A stretch of 64,000 bases of DNA from Candidatus Woesearchaeota archaeon (GTDB lineage: Archaea; Nanobdellota; Nanobdellia; Woesearchaeales; GW2011-AR15), in the NCBI GenBank assembly GCA_038874655.1, contig JAVZBY010000003.1, forward strand, positions 22,718 through 86,717, given 5' to 3'. A program made the translations under genes and the position numbers. Below are positions 29,822 to 40,659 of the stretch, one piece after another (the first letter of the stretch is position 1; each line of letters begins with the position of its first letter). The notes below the pieces were generated by a model that saw nothing but the letters and a program-made list of their open reading frames with translations, had not been told where the DNA came from and did no database searches.

Positions 29822-32800
29822 ATGAAAAGCCATGCATTCAACCCCCGAAAAAAACGCATGGCTTTTATTTTTTTTATAATTAATCTATTATTTCTAATTT
29901 TAATTTTAAATAATGTTTACTCGGTTGATTTTTCCCCTGTTGAATTATCTCCAAAAAACGCAACAACTCTTGATAATTTAATTTGCTCTTGGAACACAAG
30001 TTTAAATCCTAAAGTAAATGTTAGTTGGTATAATGGCTCTAATCTTTATAGTGTTGTAAAAGAAACAACAAGTATACAAATTTTAAATAATTTCATTGCA
30101 AGAAAAGGTGAAACTTGGAATTGCACAGTTGTAGAGTGGAATGATGCTAATAATATTGGAAGTAGTTCAATAACAATTAGAAACGCACCTCCTTTTCAAC
30201 CTAATGTGGTTAATGACACAATAGAAGAAGATTCAACCTATATAAGAGATATATCAACCACTGATCCAGATGGTGATGAAATAATTTCCTATATATGTAT
30301 TCCAAACACATTCACAATTAATAATGGAATTATCTCTTGGACACCAACATCAAGTAATGTTGAACCTGAGAAATCAAAATTATATAACTTTACATGTCTT
30401 ACCTTAGATTCAGAAGGATTATCAAATTCAAAAAAATTTTCTCTCAATGTTACTGCAAGAAATGACCCTCCATTTTTTAACCCTAGTTTAGTAAATATTT
30501 CCAAATATGAAAATCAAAAAATACAATATATAATAACTGCAAGTGATGAAGAGAATCCAACAGGAAAGTTTAATTTAACATTTGACAATAAAATATGTCC
30601 TTATGATTCAAAAACAGCATATGAGTTAGTTAGAATTAACAATTACACTTTTATTTTTCAAGTAATAAATAATCAAACACTTCCTTATAGTTTAGTTGGA
30701 AACTGTTCTATAACTTTAAGTTTATATGACCCTATGGATACTAATATCTCTACTAATAGTTCTATTAACATTGAAGTTATTGCAATAAATCATCCTCCAA
30801 TAATAACCAATATTGAAAGCAAATCAAGAAATTATAGTCAAGGAGAATATTTTAATTTATCTATAAATGCAACTGACATTGATGAAAACGAATTAATAAA
30901 TTTCTTTGTTATTACACCTACTTGTAGCTTCAACCCATGGAATATAACGATATTAAACAACAGTAGAAATGCTTCTGCATTATTAAAAGCAACTCCGTTA
31001 AATGAGAGCCATATAAAATGCAAGCAAATAAAAATAAGAGCAAGTGATACAAAAAATGCTTATTCTGAAGTTAATCTTACTTTAAATATTACCAATGTAA
31101 ATGATCCACCAATCATAAAAGAAATAAGCAATCATATTAATAATAGTTTTTCAAATATAAACTTAAGTAATTTAACTGCTTTTGCTTATGTTAAATTTAG
31201 ATATTATATAAATGCTACTGATCCTGACATTGAATATGGAACAGATCCTAGTGATTCTTTAACATTTAATATAAATTCTTCATTATGTTTTGATTGTCCT
31301 TTTATAAGTATTAATTCAAATACAGGAGAAATAAATTTCACACCTAACTTAGATAATATTGGAAAAACTTATTCTTATAAAGTAAATGTCAGTGATAAAT
31401 ATGGTTTATTTGACGAAAAAATACTTAAAATAACCATTTTAAATAATAGTGTACCCTATTTTAATCAAACACCACCAGATATTTATGCAAAAGAAGATAT
31501 TTTATATACCTTAAAAATTAATGCTACTGATAAAGAAGATATAAATGTCAGCTTTTTTCTAAACACAACTTTATTCAATATTACAAACACAGGATTAATA
31601 AATTTCACACCAACATGCCAAGATGTAGGAAACTACTCTGTTTTAATTACAATAAGAGATACTTATGGCGCAGAAAACTCTAGTATCATGAGAGTATATA
31701 TAAATATGAGTCCTGATTTACCTATAATAATACCAATACAAAACACTACATTATTTGAAAATGAAGCTTATTATTTAGAAATAATTGCTAGTGATGATGA
31801 TTTATTATGTAGTCAAGATGATAATTTAATTTTCAGTTATAATTTTATAAATGGTTCTGAAAGTTCATTAAGTGATTTTATTTTTGAAAATATAAACAAT
31901 AGTGGAAATTATAAAGCCCTCTTATCATTCCAAACTATTTTAGGTAGTCAAGGAATTTATATAATCAATTTCAGTGTGGTTGACAATTATAATTTAAAAA
32001 ATTCATATTTATGGGAATTAACTGTAATAAACAGAACAAATCCTCCTGTAATTAATAACATAACACCTTATGGTAGTCCTTATACAAATTATTCAAATGG
32101 TTGGAGACCCAGATCAAATTTTTTAGGTGATTACACAAATATAAATATTTCTGAAGGAATGACCATTATTTTTGATCACAATAGCACAGATCTAGATAAA
32201 AACACTTTAAATTTTACATGGTTAAGAAATAATCAACAAATAGGTGATAAAAAAAACTTAAGTTTATTCTTTGATTATGAAAGTCATGGAAATTATAACA
32301 TAACACTTATAGTTTCTGATATCGTAAATAATAGAATTGCTAACTCTGTTTCTTTTTCATGGAACATAAGTGTTAGAAATAATAACAGACCTCCTATTTT
32401 AAATAATTCTCTTCCTAATATCACAGTAAATAAAACTATAAGTATTCCAAATTACTTTACTTGTAGAGATATTTTGCCGGGCTATATTTGTGATGAGCCA
32501 AGATTTTTTGACCCTGACAATGATAATTTAACATTTACACATTCAAATGCTACAAAAGTTTCTATTTCCATAAACAAAAATTCCATAAGCTTAACTGCAT
32601 TGGAATTAGGCAATGAAACAATAACCTTTTATGCATCTGATGGAACTTACACAATTGAAAGCAACCCTGTTATTATAAATGTAATTAGTTTGCCAGAACA
32701 AAATCAACAAGTCAGTCAATCTACATCGACAAGAACCTCACAAAGCACTAATTATGTGCCTTATTCTGTTTTACAAGAAGTGGAAAAAGAAAAAGAGATT

Positions 32801-33469
32801 TATTTAGATATTATTGTTCCAGAGCAATTAACAATTTATCAAAATGAAACAATAAGACAAGTAATTAACATAAAAAATGAAGGCAACACCACTTTAAGAG
32901 GTATTATATTATCTGCATCCACAAATTCGAGCTCTGCTGATTTAAGCTTTTCTAATTCATTTATCTCAGAATTAAAACCAAATGAAATTGTAAAAACAGA
33001 TTTAATCATAAAAGATTACAAATTAAAAAACAATTATGAGATAATAATATGGGCTAATGTCACAGAACCTAATTACAGAGATAAAGCAATTATTTATGTT
33101 AATGCAATAGAAAAAACTAGAGGAAATCAAAGTATAACTGCAACAAAAATAACATTTGCACAAGATTTATTATCAAGTAATCCTGAATGCATAGAATTAA
33201 ATGAATATTTAAAGAAATCACTTAATTATATGGAAGCAAAAAATTATGAAGAAGCTGAGAAAATTATTGATTCTGTAATCCAAGGCTGTAAATACTTAGT
33301 AAGTCAAAGTAAATTAAAAGAAGAAAGTCCAAAAGGGTTGTTATTAAATTTAAAAATAACCAATCCCTATATAAGAGGTGCTATAATTTTAACAATTTTA
33401 GCAATAATAACTATTGTAGCTATGACAATTAAATTAAAAAAATCAAATAACGAAGAAAACAATCTATAA
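29822..33469 (+). CDS. Cell-surface protein with multiple cadherin/Ig-like repeats, N-terminal signal peptide and C-terminal TM anchor
   Basis: Signal MKSHAFNPRKKRMAFIFFIINLLFLILIL from ATG 29822; the called ORF extends back to 29642, and alternative ATGs lie at 29747 and 29642. Recurring module boundaries NDPPFF / NHPPII / NDPPII / NPPVINN / NRPPILNN; very many NxS/T sequons; C-terminal IILTILAIITIVAMTI then KLKKSNNEENNL. Confidence 0.65.
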   Translation: MKSHAFNPRKKRMAFIFFIINLLFLILILNNVYSVDFSPVELSPKNATTLDNLICSWNTSLNPKVNVSWYNGSNLYSVVKETTSIQILNNFIARKGETWNCTVVEWNDANNIGSSSITIRNAPPFQPNVVNDTIEEDSTYIRDISTTDPDGDEIISYICIPNTFTINNGIISWTPTSSNVEPEKSKLYNFTCLTLDSEGLSNSKKFSLNVTARNDPPFFNPSLVNISKYENQKIQYIITASDEENPTGKFNLTFDNKICPYDSKTAYELVRINNYTFIFQVINNQTLPYSLVGNCSITLSLYDPMDTNISTNSSINIEVIAINHPPIITNIESKSRNYSQGEYFNLSINATDIDENELINFFVITPTCSFNPWNITILNNSRNASALLKATPLNESHIKCKQIKIRASDTKNAYSEVNLTLNITNVNDPPIIKEISNHINNSFSNINLSNLTAFAYVKFRYYINATDPDIEYGTDPSDSLTFNINSSLCFDCPFISINSNTGEINFTPNLDNIGKTYSYKVNVSDKYGLFDEKILKITILNNSVPYFNQTPPDIYAKEDILYTLKINATDKEDINVSFFLNTTLFNITNTGLINFTPTCQDVGNYSVLITIRDTYGAENSSIMRVYINMSPDLPIIIPIQNTTLFENEAYYLEIIASDDDLLCSQDDNLIFSYNFINGSESSLSDFIFENINNSGNYKALLSFQTILGSQGIYIINFSVVDNYNLKNSYLWELTVINRTNPPVINNITPYGSPYTNYSNGWRPRSNFLGDYTNINISEGMTIIFDHNSTDLDKNTLNFTWLRNNQQIGDKKNLSLFFDYESHGNYNITLIVSDIVNNRIANSVSFSWNISVRNNNRPPILNNSLPNITVNKTISIPNYFTCRDILPGYICDEPRFFDPDNDNLTFTHSNATKVSISINKNSISLTALELGNETITFYASDGTYTIESNPVIINVISLPEQNQQVSQSTSTRTSQSTNYVPYSVLQEVEKEKEIYLDIIVPEQLTIYQNETIRQVINIKNEGNTTLRGIILSASTNSSSADLSFSNSFISELKPNEIVKTDLIIKDYKLKNNYEIIIWANVTEPNYRDKAIIYVNAIEKTRGNQSITATKITFAQDLLSSNPECIELNEYLKKSLNYMEAKNYEEAEKIIDSVIQGCKYLVSQSKLKEESPKGLLLNLKITNPYIRGAIILTILAIITIVAMTIKLKKSNNEENNL

Positions 33470-33481
33470 AGATATAAACAA

Positions 33482-34561
33482 TTAATTTAAATTTAAAACA
33501 ACAATTTTTCTAGTCAATGATTTATGTACATAATAACTAAATTCTCTTTTTATTTTAAGATTTAATTTTCTTATAATTTTTTTATAATTAATAAAATGTG
33601 GAAAAATTAAAACCATATTTATACCTTTTTTAAAACTAGTTTTCATAATATCTTTTGAATTAATTAAAAATTGTTCATATAAATTTTCTAAATCTTTTCC
33701 ATATGAACCTTTTCCATAAGGCAAATCACTAACTATTGCAAAATCCATTTTTGTTGAAAAAAGTTTATTATCAAATAGCAAATTCAAAGTAATTTTTCTT
33801 TCGTCTAAATTCAATAATTTATAATTTTTTATTTTATAGAAATCTAGATTGATTTTTGCATAATCCAATTGTTTTTTTATTATATCTATGCCCATAACAT
33901 TAAAGCCAATTAACCCCGCTTCTATTAAAATTCCACCTGAACCACAAAAAGGATCAAAGATTAAACCTTTTTTCAATCCTGTTAAATTAATACACGCTCT
34001 TGCCAAATCAGGGCTTAATGATGTTGGATGAAACCCAGGTCTAAGATGTGCTTTTCTATTAAGATATGTTTTGTCTACCTCTTTTAAGAATAATCCTGCT
34101 ATTATAAAATCATCTTTTTCAAAAAACTCTATTTTTGTAAATGGTTTTTTTAGATTAACACATGGTTTTTTTTTAAAAGAACTTTTTAAATTTTCATAAA
34201 TCAAATCAGCTACATATTTTTCTTGAAAAAAATTTCCATGATACCTAACACAAAAACTTTTTTTATATAGTTTATACCAATCATAATTCCTAACTTTTTT
34301 AAAAAAATTATTTTTAGTTGCCTTAAAAATAAAATTATAAATTGAATGTGTAAAACCTAACCTTTTTGAATAAAAATCAACTATTTTTGAAGAAATATGT
34401 GATGAGAATGTAATACCTTTATATTCACAAAGCAAAATATCATCAAATAAAAAATATCTATTTGGTTTTATTAAAGAAATAACTTCCTCTTTAGCAATTT
34501 CCAGGTAGGGTTTTTTCAAATGAAAAATCAAATTTAATTTATTTACCATTTTATAAAGCAT
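33482..34561 (-). CDS. THUMP-domain RNA (guanine-N2) methyltransferase, Trm14/TrmN-like
   Basis: DPFCGSGGILIEAG (SAM-binding motif I) and DLPYGK (the NPPY-type motif IV of N2-G/N6-A methyltransferases), with N-terminal THUMP-like region. Confidence 0.7.
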   Translation of the reverse strand: MLYKMVNKLNLIFHLKKPYLEIAKEEVISLIKPNRYFLFDDILLCEYKGITFSSHISSKIVDFYSKRLGFTHSIYNFIFKATKNNFFKKVRNYDWYKLYKKSFCVRYHGNFFQEKYVADLIYENLKSSFKKKPCVNLKKPFTKIEFFEKDDFIIAGLFLKEVDKTYLNRKAHLRPGFHPTSLSPDLARACINLTGLKKGLIFDPFCGSGGILIEAGLIGFNVMGIDIIKKQLDYAKINLDFYKIKNYKLLNLDERKITLNLLFDNKLFSTKMDFAIVSDLPYGKGSYGKDLENLYEQFLINSKDIMKTSFKKGINMVLIFPHFINYKKIIRKLNLKIKREFSYYVHKSLTRKIVVLNLN

Positions 34562-34658
34562 TAAAAAATTACATAATAATAGATATTTTAGTATTATAGA
34601 TATTTTATTATATTCAATATGGAAAAATATATAAATTTATTTACTACAATAAACAATT

Positions 34659-34985
34659 ATGAGAGGTAGACCTTCTTATTCTAAGATAAGAGAAAACATA
34701 TCTGAGATTCTATTTTATATGGAAAAAGCTCATGGCTATGATATTTATAAAATCTATTGTGAAATCTTTCCCAAAGTAACACAAAGGTCTATATATTATA
34801 ATTTAAAAAAAGGTTATGAACTTAATGAATTTGAAATTGAGGTTAAAAAAGAGGAAGGTAATTACTCATGGGGCAACCTTGCTGAAAAAGTTTATTACAA
34901 ATTAGGAAAAAACGCTAAAGTTAGTCATAATGAATTAGTTGCCGATTATTTTTTTAAAAAAAATAAGGAATCTAATAAAACATAA
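34659..34985 (+). CDS. Small protein, possibly winged-helix (PadR-like)
   Basis: ISEILFYMEKAHGYDIYKIY ... RSIYYNLKKGYEL resembles the PadR-type wHTH pattern; weak. Confidence 0.3.
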   Translation: MRGRPSYSKIRENISEILFYMEKAHGYDIYKIYCEIFPKVTQRSIYYNLKKGYELNEFEIEVKKEEGNYSWGNLAEKVYYKLGKNAKVSHNELVADYFFKKNKESNKT

Positions 34986-35024
34986 TTTAATATATCTAAT
35001 TAGATTAAGATGTAATTATACAAA

Positions 35025-35693
35025 ATGGTAGAACAACAAATCATAGAATATATCAAATCATTAAAAGAAAAAGGTATTGATGATGAAACAATAAAAAATC
35101 ATCTATTAAAATACAATTATAGCCCTGATCTAATAAAAGAATGCTTTGATGAACTAAATAAACAATCCTTAAATATTGTTCTTCCTTCAATTACAAATAA
35201 CAACAATTTAACAAACAACAACAATTTGAATAACCAAAACATAAAAATTGAGAATAAAGAAAATAAAAAAAATAAAACTAATAAAAATTTATTAAGCCCT
35301 GTCCTAATTATTTTGGTTTTAATTACTTTAATAAGTGGAATATTTTTATTTAAAGATTTAATTTTAAACTTATTTGAAAATCCTAATTGCAAAGATGCTT
35401 CCATAAAAATATTTGAATCAAATAATAATGAAATTTTATGTTCATTTCCAGATAACTCTAAAGTTCAAATGATACTAGAAAATAATGGAAATAAAAAAAT
35501 TGAAAAAATAGATATATTCTTAAACAACAACAAAGTTGATACATCAATTATAAATTTAATGCCTGATCAAGTTTTAACAAAAGTAATTGATAATAACCTA
35601 AAACAAGATATAAATGGAATAAAAATAATTCCTTATTTAGAGAACAATATAAGATGTAAGGAACTCATAAAGAAAAACATTAAAAAATGCTAA
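35025..35693 (+). CDS. Hypothetical protein with a poly-Asn low-complexity linker and one TM segment
   Basis: NNNNLTNNNNLNNQNIKIENKENKKNKTNKN followed by LLSPVLIILVLITLISGIFLF. Confidence 0.35.
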   Translation: MVEQQIIEYIKSLKEKGIDDETIKNHLLKYNYSPDLIKECFDELNKQSLNIVLPSITNNNNLTNNNNLNNQNIKIENKENKKNKTNKNLLSPVLIILVLITLISGIFLFKDLILNLFENPNCKDASIKIFESNNNEILCSFPDNSKVQMILENNGNKKIEKIDIFLNNNKVDTSIINLMPDQVLTKVIDNNLKQDINGIKIIPYLENNIRCKELIKKNIKKC

Positions 35694-35747
35694 ACTTATT
35701 TTATATGTTTTTTATTTTTTATATCTTTTTTATATCCCTTTATTTTT

Positions 35748-36476
35748 TTATCTATTATTAATTAATTTTTTATTTAACTTTCTTAAAAAACCTATAACTG
35801 CAAAAGCTTCTCTTTTTGTAATCATTGATTTTTCAAAAATATTTTTCCAAACCTTTTTTTGTGTTTCTTTTTTTTCTTTTGTTGAAAAATCTATTATATC
35901 TAAAATTTTGTATAAATTATCGTATATAATCTCTTTTTCTTTTCTAGTTGCTAATTTTAAATGACTTGTTATTTTATTCTCCCCAATTTTTTTATAAATT
36001 TCGTAAAGGATTATGGCAACAGCATGACTTAAATTCATGGAAGGATATTTTTTTGATGTTTCTATAGTAATTACAAAATCACAAATCTCTAATTCATTAT
36101 TTGTTAAACCAATTCCTTCATTTCCAAATACAATCGCAATATTATTTTTTTTTGTATCATAAGACCTTAATTTTTTAGAAAAAAAATCACTTGATAATGG
36201 TATTCTTTTAATATTGTAGTCTGTTCCTAAAACAGAGGTTGTTCCTATAATTAAATCAAAATCATTTCTTAATTTAAAGTAATCCTCATAATTTATTTTT
36301 TTTGCTTTTTTTAAAATCTCTTTTGCATGCATGCTTTTTTTTAATGCATCATTATCTAAGAAATCACATAAAGGTTCAACTATGATTAAATTATCAAGAT
36401 CAAAATTAGCCATTATCCTAGCTATAAAACCAATATTTCCTGATGTTTCTGGTTTTACTAAAATAACAGATATCAC
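35748..36476 (-). CDS. SpoU/TrmH-family RNA 2'-O-methyltransferase (TrmJ-like)
   Basis: MISVILVKPETSGNIGFIARIMANF N-terminus and the SPOUT-like core ...IVFGNEGIGL. Confidence 0.75.
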   Translation of the reverse strand: MISVILVKPETSGNIGFIARIMANFDLDNLIIVEPLCDFLDNDALKKSMHAKEILKKAKKINYEDYFKLRNDFDLIIGTTSVLGTDYNIKRIPLSSDFFSKKLRSYDTKKNNIAIVFGNEGIGLTNNELEICDFVITIETSKKYPSMNLSHAVAIILYEIYKKIGENKITSHLKLATRKEKEIIYDNLYKILDIIDFSTKEKKETQKKVWKNIFEKSMITKREAFAVIGFLRKLNKKLINNR

Positions 36477-36553
36477 ATTAAAGAAAAAAACAAATTATAA
36501 TAAAAATCTTTTTGATAAAACTAATAGAAAATTTAAAAAAATAAAGAAATTTT

Positions 36554-37216
36554 TTAAATCTCCATAATCTTTACTTGGCAAAAAGTACATAATTTTTTAA
36601 ATTTCTCAGCATCACTAACTTCACCAACTATTTTTCCATAATGCATTGGTATTGCAACTTTAGGCATTATTTTTCTAGCTGCTTCAACTGCCTCATTCAC
36701 ATTCATTACATAAGTTCCTGAAACAGGTAAAAAAGCAACATCGCATGAAATTTCAGACATCTCTGGGATAAAATCACTATCTCCTGTATGATAAAATTTT
36801 ATTCCATTTATAGTAAAAATAAAACCTAACCATTCATTTTGTCTAGGATGAAAGGGCTTATTTATATTATAAGAAGGAACAGCTTCTATAATAACATCTT
36901 TATAACTTAGTTTATCGTTTGGTTTCATTTTATTAAAATTTGCTTTTATAGTTTTTAATTTATCTGGCACATCATAAGGACAAAATATTTGTGTTTTCTC
37001 GGAAATTATTTTTTTTAAATCTTTTTCTGAACAATGATCATAATGACTATGTGTTATTAAAACAATATCAGATTTATCTCTTAATTTTTCATCCTTAGCT
37101 TCAAAAGGATCAATATACAAAAACAAACCATTATAATAAAATTTAAACCCATCATGTCCAAGCCATTCAACCTTCACATTATTGAAATCCAATATTTCCG
37201 CCATTTTTTCACCCAA
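36554..37216 (-). CDS. Metallo-beta-lactamase-fold hydrolase
   Basis: LITHSHYDHCS (HxHxDH motif) and later His/Asp ligands; 220 aa. Confidence 0.7.
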   Translation of the reverse strand: MGEKMAEILDFNNVKVEWLGHDGFKFYYNGLFLYIDPFEAKDEKLRDKSDIVLITHSHYDHCSEKDLKKIISEKTQIFCPYDVPDKLKTIKANFNKMKPNDKLSYKDVIIEAVPSYNINKPFHPRQNEWLGFIFTINGIKFYHTGDSDFIPEMSEISCDVAFLPVSGTYVMNVNEAVEAARKIMPKVAIPMHYGKIVGEVSDAEKFKKLCTFCQVKIMEI

Positions 37217-37310
37217 GTTATTAAAAATATAAAAGATTCATTTAAAAAATTAAAGCATAATAAAAACATAATTTATAAAACATACTAAAATTATTTTTTA
37301 ATTTACATAT

Positions 37311-37991
37311 CTAATTCATAATTAATTTTCTCAATTCTTTAATTTCTTTTTTTTTATCTCTTGAATTAAATATAGCACTACCTATTACAAAAATATTAGA
37401 GCCAGCTTCTTTTGCTAATTTTATTGTATCTTTATTAATACCTCCATCTATCTCTATATCTTTTTGAAATGTTAACTTTTCCCTTAATAATTTTACTTTA
37501 TCTAATACATTAGGAATAAATTTTTGCCCACCAAAACCTGCATAAACACTCATTATTAAAACATAATCTATTTCATCTAACACATACTTTATTAAATCAA
37601 TCTTTTTATCAGGATTTAAAGCTAAACCAACTTTTACATCTAATTTTTTTATTTTTTGAATAGCTTCTTTTAATTTTTTAATTTCTTTTTTTGTATTATT
37701 CTTGTTAAATAACTCAGGATGAAAACTTATCATTGAAATATTATTACAATTTTCTTTAAATACAGGTGCATACTTTAATGGATCTTCTATCATAAAATGA
37801 ACATCTAAACTTAATCTTGTTTTTATCCATTTAATAACTTCATAACCAAAGCTAATATTTGGAACTAAATGACCATCCATTACATCTATATGTAATAAAT
37901 CTGAGTAGGTTTCAATTTCTTTTATTTCATTATTTAAACTTCCAAAATTAGCTGACAAAATAGATGGTGCAATTTTATAATTTATTTTCAT
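37311..37991 (-). CDS. rpe: Ribulose-phosphate 3-epimerase
   Basis: KIAPSILSANFGSLNNEI ... HIDVMDGHLVPNISFG signature; TIM-barrel size. Confidence 0.85.
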   Translation of the reverse strand: MKINYKIAPSILSANFGSLNNEIKEIETYSDLLHIDVMDGHLVPNISFGYEVIKWIKTRLSLDVHFMIEDPLKYAPVFKENCNNISMISFHPELFNKNNTKKEIKKLKEAIQKIKKLDVKVGLALNPDKKIDLIKYVLDEIDYVLIMSVYAGFGGQKFIPNVLDKVKLLREKLTFQKDIEIDGGINKDTIKLAKEAGSNIFVIGSAIFNSRDKKKEIKELRKLIMN

Positions 37992-38053
37992 TTTAAGTTA
38001 AGTATAATTAAATTTTTCATAAATTTTTATTTATAAACTTAATTATTGTATCC

Positions 38054-38530
38054 TCATTTATATAAAATTTCTTCTAGTTCTTTAATTTTTTTTAATCTTC
38101 TTTTATGTCTTTCTTCATTACTAAATTCTGTATTAAGCCAAGCTAAAATAATTCTTTTTGCTAATTTCTCATTAACCCAATCCCCTGAAATTCCAATAAC
38201 ATTAGTATCATTATGCAACCTAGAATGCTTTGCTGACTTAACATCAAAAACAGAAACTGCTCTTACATTCTTAAATTTATTAGCTGCTATTATCATTCCT
38301 GCTGAGCTTCTACAAAATAAAATTCCTTTTGCCCTATCTTTCCATTTTTTTGAATCATCATCTTCTTTTGAAACCATCTCTGCCACTAAAAAAGCGTAAT
38401 CAGGATAATCGTCATCTTTATCATATACTTTATTCCCTAAATCAACAAACAAGTATCCTTTTTTTTCTAAAAACTTTTTTATTTTTTCTTTTAATCTAAA
38501 ACCACCATGATCACTTCCTAAATATATCAT
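38054..38530 (-). CDS. rpiB: Ribose-5-phosphate isomerase B
   Basis: MIYLGSDHGGFRLKEKI ... CRSSAGMIIAANKF, typical RpiB/LacAB. Confidence 0.85.
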   Translation of the reverse strand: MIYLGSDHGGFRLKEKIKKFLEKKGYLFVDLGNKVYDKDDDYPDYAFLVAEMVSKEDDDSKKWKDRAKGILFCRSSAGMIIAANKFKNVRAVSVFDVKSAKHSRLHNDTNVIGISGDWVNEKLAKRIILAWLNTEFSNEERHKRRLKKIKELEEILYK

Positions 38531-38652
38531 ATAAAGTTATAATTAGTACTCTTTTTTATAAGTTTCTTTTTTATAAAAAAGTAATAAAAAGAGAAAAATG
38601 CCTACCTCTAAAAAATAAAATTAGATAAAAAAGTAGAAACTCTAAAAAAATA

Positions 38653-39072
38653 TTAAACCTTTTTAAAAACAACTGTTGTTATTCCATTATATTTTCCTAA
38701 GCTATAATTACCTACATTACAATAAAATATTACTGATTTTGTTTCATTAGATTTTAAAATAAAATCATTGTCTGAAACAGTTATCATAGGACTTATATTT
38801 CCATCAACTTTAATAGATACATAAACATCTTTATTATAATTATTTTGTAATGTTATTGCTCTTTTTCCTACATTTCCACTAGATATTTTATCAAAATACA
38901 ACCCATCAGTGTTTAAATTTATACCTACAATAGCTTTATCAACTACTTCAACACTTAAAGGCAATTTTTTAACTTCAACTAAAACATTAAAATTATAATA
39001 AAGTAAATACGCAGATATAGCTAACAAAAAGATTATTAAAAAAGACATAAAAAAAATATAAATTTTTTTCAT
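38653..39072 (-). CDS. Signal-anchored secreted protein (139 aa); last gene of the surface-protein operon
   Basis: N-terminus IYIFFMSFLIIFLLAISAYLLYY. Confidence 0.4.
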   Translation of the reverse strand: MKKIYIFFMSFLIIFLLAISAYLLYYNFNVLVEVKKLPLSVEVVDKAIVGINLNTDGLYFDKISSGNVGKRAITLQNNYNKDVYVSIKVDGNISPMITVSDNDFILKSNETKSVIFYCNVGNYSLGKYNGITTVVFKKV

Positions 39073-39167
39073 AAATATAGAAAAAATAAGCTAGTTTTTA
39101 ACCCTTTCTATTAAATTACAATAGATTAAAAATAAAAAAATAAATATCTCAAAGAAATTAAAAAGAA

Positions 39168-40607
39168 CTATTTATTTTTATTTAAATAATTAAACAATTT
39201 ATCAACTTTAGCAGGATTCCAACCTTTTTTTATCAATTTCTCTTTGATTTCTTCATTACTAAACAATTTCTGTAGATCTCTAATTTTATTTAATGTTTCT
39301 TCATCAAAAAGCAAATCATCAAAATTAGACGAATTAACAAATGATTTTGAAATATTTTCTTTCTCTATTGATTTTGATTTAAAAATTGTATAAACTAAAT
39401 ATAAGGATAATAAAACAAAAATTATCAATAGAAAAACTAAAACATTAACTAAAGTTATATTTGATATAATATTTGAAACAAATTTCTTCATACTAAATGT
39501 TCCTGGGATTTCTTCAACAACATTTTTATTTATATTCTCATCTATAATAATAAAATCTTCCAAACTTGAAGTACTTCCTTCATAATTTAAAGTGATAACT
39601 ATCTTATATTTACCTTTATCAAAATTTCTTGCATCCAAATAAGATTCTAATGTTTTTTTTTCTAATCTCCCTAAATTGGTATCAAAACTTCTAAAATTAG
39701 TTAATTTTGTTTTTTTATCTTCGGTATAAACATCAACAATAGCATATATATTATTAATTTCCTTATTCCATTCGCTCTCTACTTCAATATCAAATTTATT
39801 AATACTTCTATATTCAATTAATTTTGTAAAATTTAAGATTTTAACATTTTTTTGTCCTATTCTAAAATAATATGTTTGATTGCTTATATTACCATCATAA
39901 TTAAGATATGCTATAGCATAATATTCTCCTGATAATAAACCATTTGCATCAAAAGAAGTTGTCAATGATTTTTCTTCCTTAGATTTCAAATTATATATTT
40001 CATTTGTTCTTAATTGTCTTATTTGTTGATTATCAATATTATAAACATAAATATCTGCATATGCTTTTTCTATTGTTGGCACACCGATATTTTTAACATT
40101 TATATTAAAATCTTGTTTATCATTTAAATTCATAGGTGGCAAACTAATAGTCCATTCAACTGCCTTCCATGGATATAAAACATAAATTAAATATCTTAAT
40201 CCAACAACAGGCCTAGCAACTAAACCACCATAAGTATCTTTTGCAATATCTCTTAAAAAAACAATAATTTCATTTTCACCTGGAGAATCTAAATTATTCG
40301 GCAAATTAATTAAAACCTTAAATTTTCTTGTTTCTCCTGCAGGAACATCTTTAAAAGTATTAGGTTCTATAATAACATATTGTCTTAAATCAACTTTACT
40401 TTTAGATTCAACAAAAAACTCATAATCAGCCAAATAACCATCGTTTGCTATTAGTTCATAATCAAAAACATATTTTTTATTTGGTTCATAATCAAATCTC
40501 CTTAAAAAATCACCACTATTTGAAGAAATCCCTAACCCATAAATAAAAAAACTAGTTACAATAAGATTCAAAATAAGAAAAAATAAAAAATAAATTTTTT
40601 TTTTCAT
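39168..40607 (-). CDS. Surface protein (479 aa) with N-terminal signal, C-terminal TM anchor and short cytoplasmic tail
   Basis: N-terminus IYFLFFLILNLIVTSFFIYG; C-terminal NITLVNVLVFLLIIFVLLSLYLVYTIF then a charged tail. Confidence 0.45.
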   Translation of the reverse strand: MKKKIYFLFFLILNLIVTSFFIYGLGISSNSGDFLRRFDYEPNKKYVFDYELIANDGYLADYEFFVESKSKVDLRQYVIIEPNTFKDVPAGETRKFKVLINLPNNLDSPGENEIIVFLRDIAKDTYGGLVARPVVGLRYLIYVLYPWKAVEWTISLPPMNLNDKQDFNINVKNIGVPTIEKAYADIYVYNIDNQQIRQLRTNEIYNLKSKEEKSLTTSFDANGLLSGEYYAIAYLNYDGNISNQTYYFRIGQKNVKILNFTKLIEYRSINKFDIEVESEWNKEINNIYAIVDVYTEDKKTKLTNFRSFDTNLGRLEKKTLESYLDARNFDKGKYKIVITLNYEGSTSSLEDFIIIDENINKNVVEEIPGTFSMKKFVSNIISNITLVNVLVFLLIIFVLLSLYLVYTIFKSKSIEKENISKSFVNSSNFDDLLFDEETLNKIRDLQKLFSNEEIKEKLIKKGWNPAKVDKLFNYLNKNK

Positions 40608-40659
40608 TTTTACATTAAAAGAGTTTAATTAAAAAATATAAAAATTAAAATTATAAAAA

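Noticed and set aside
35180-35290. Poly-Asn / N-N-N-L-T-N repeat inside 35025-35693 as a mobile or repeat element
   Set aside because: It is an in-frame low-complexity coding linker (AAT/AAC runs), not a DNA-level interspersed repeat.
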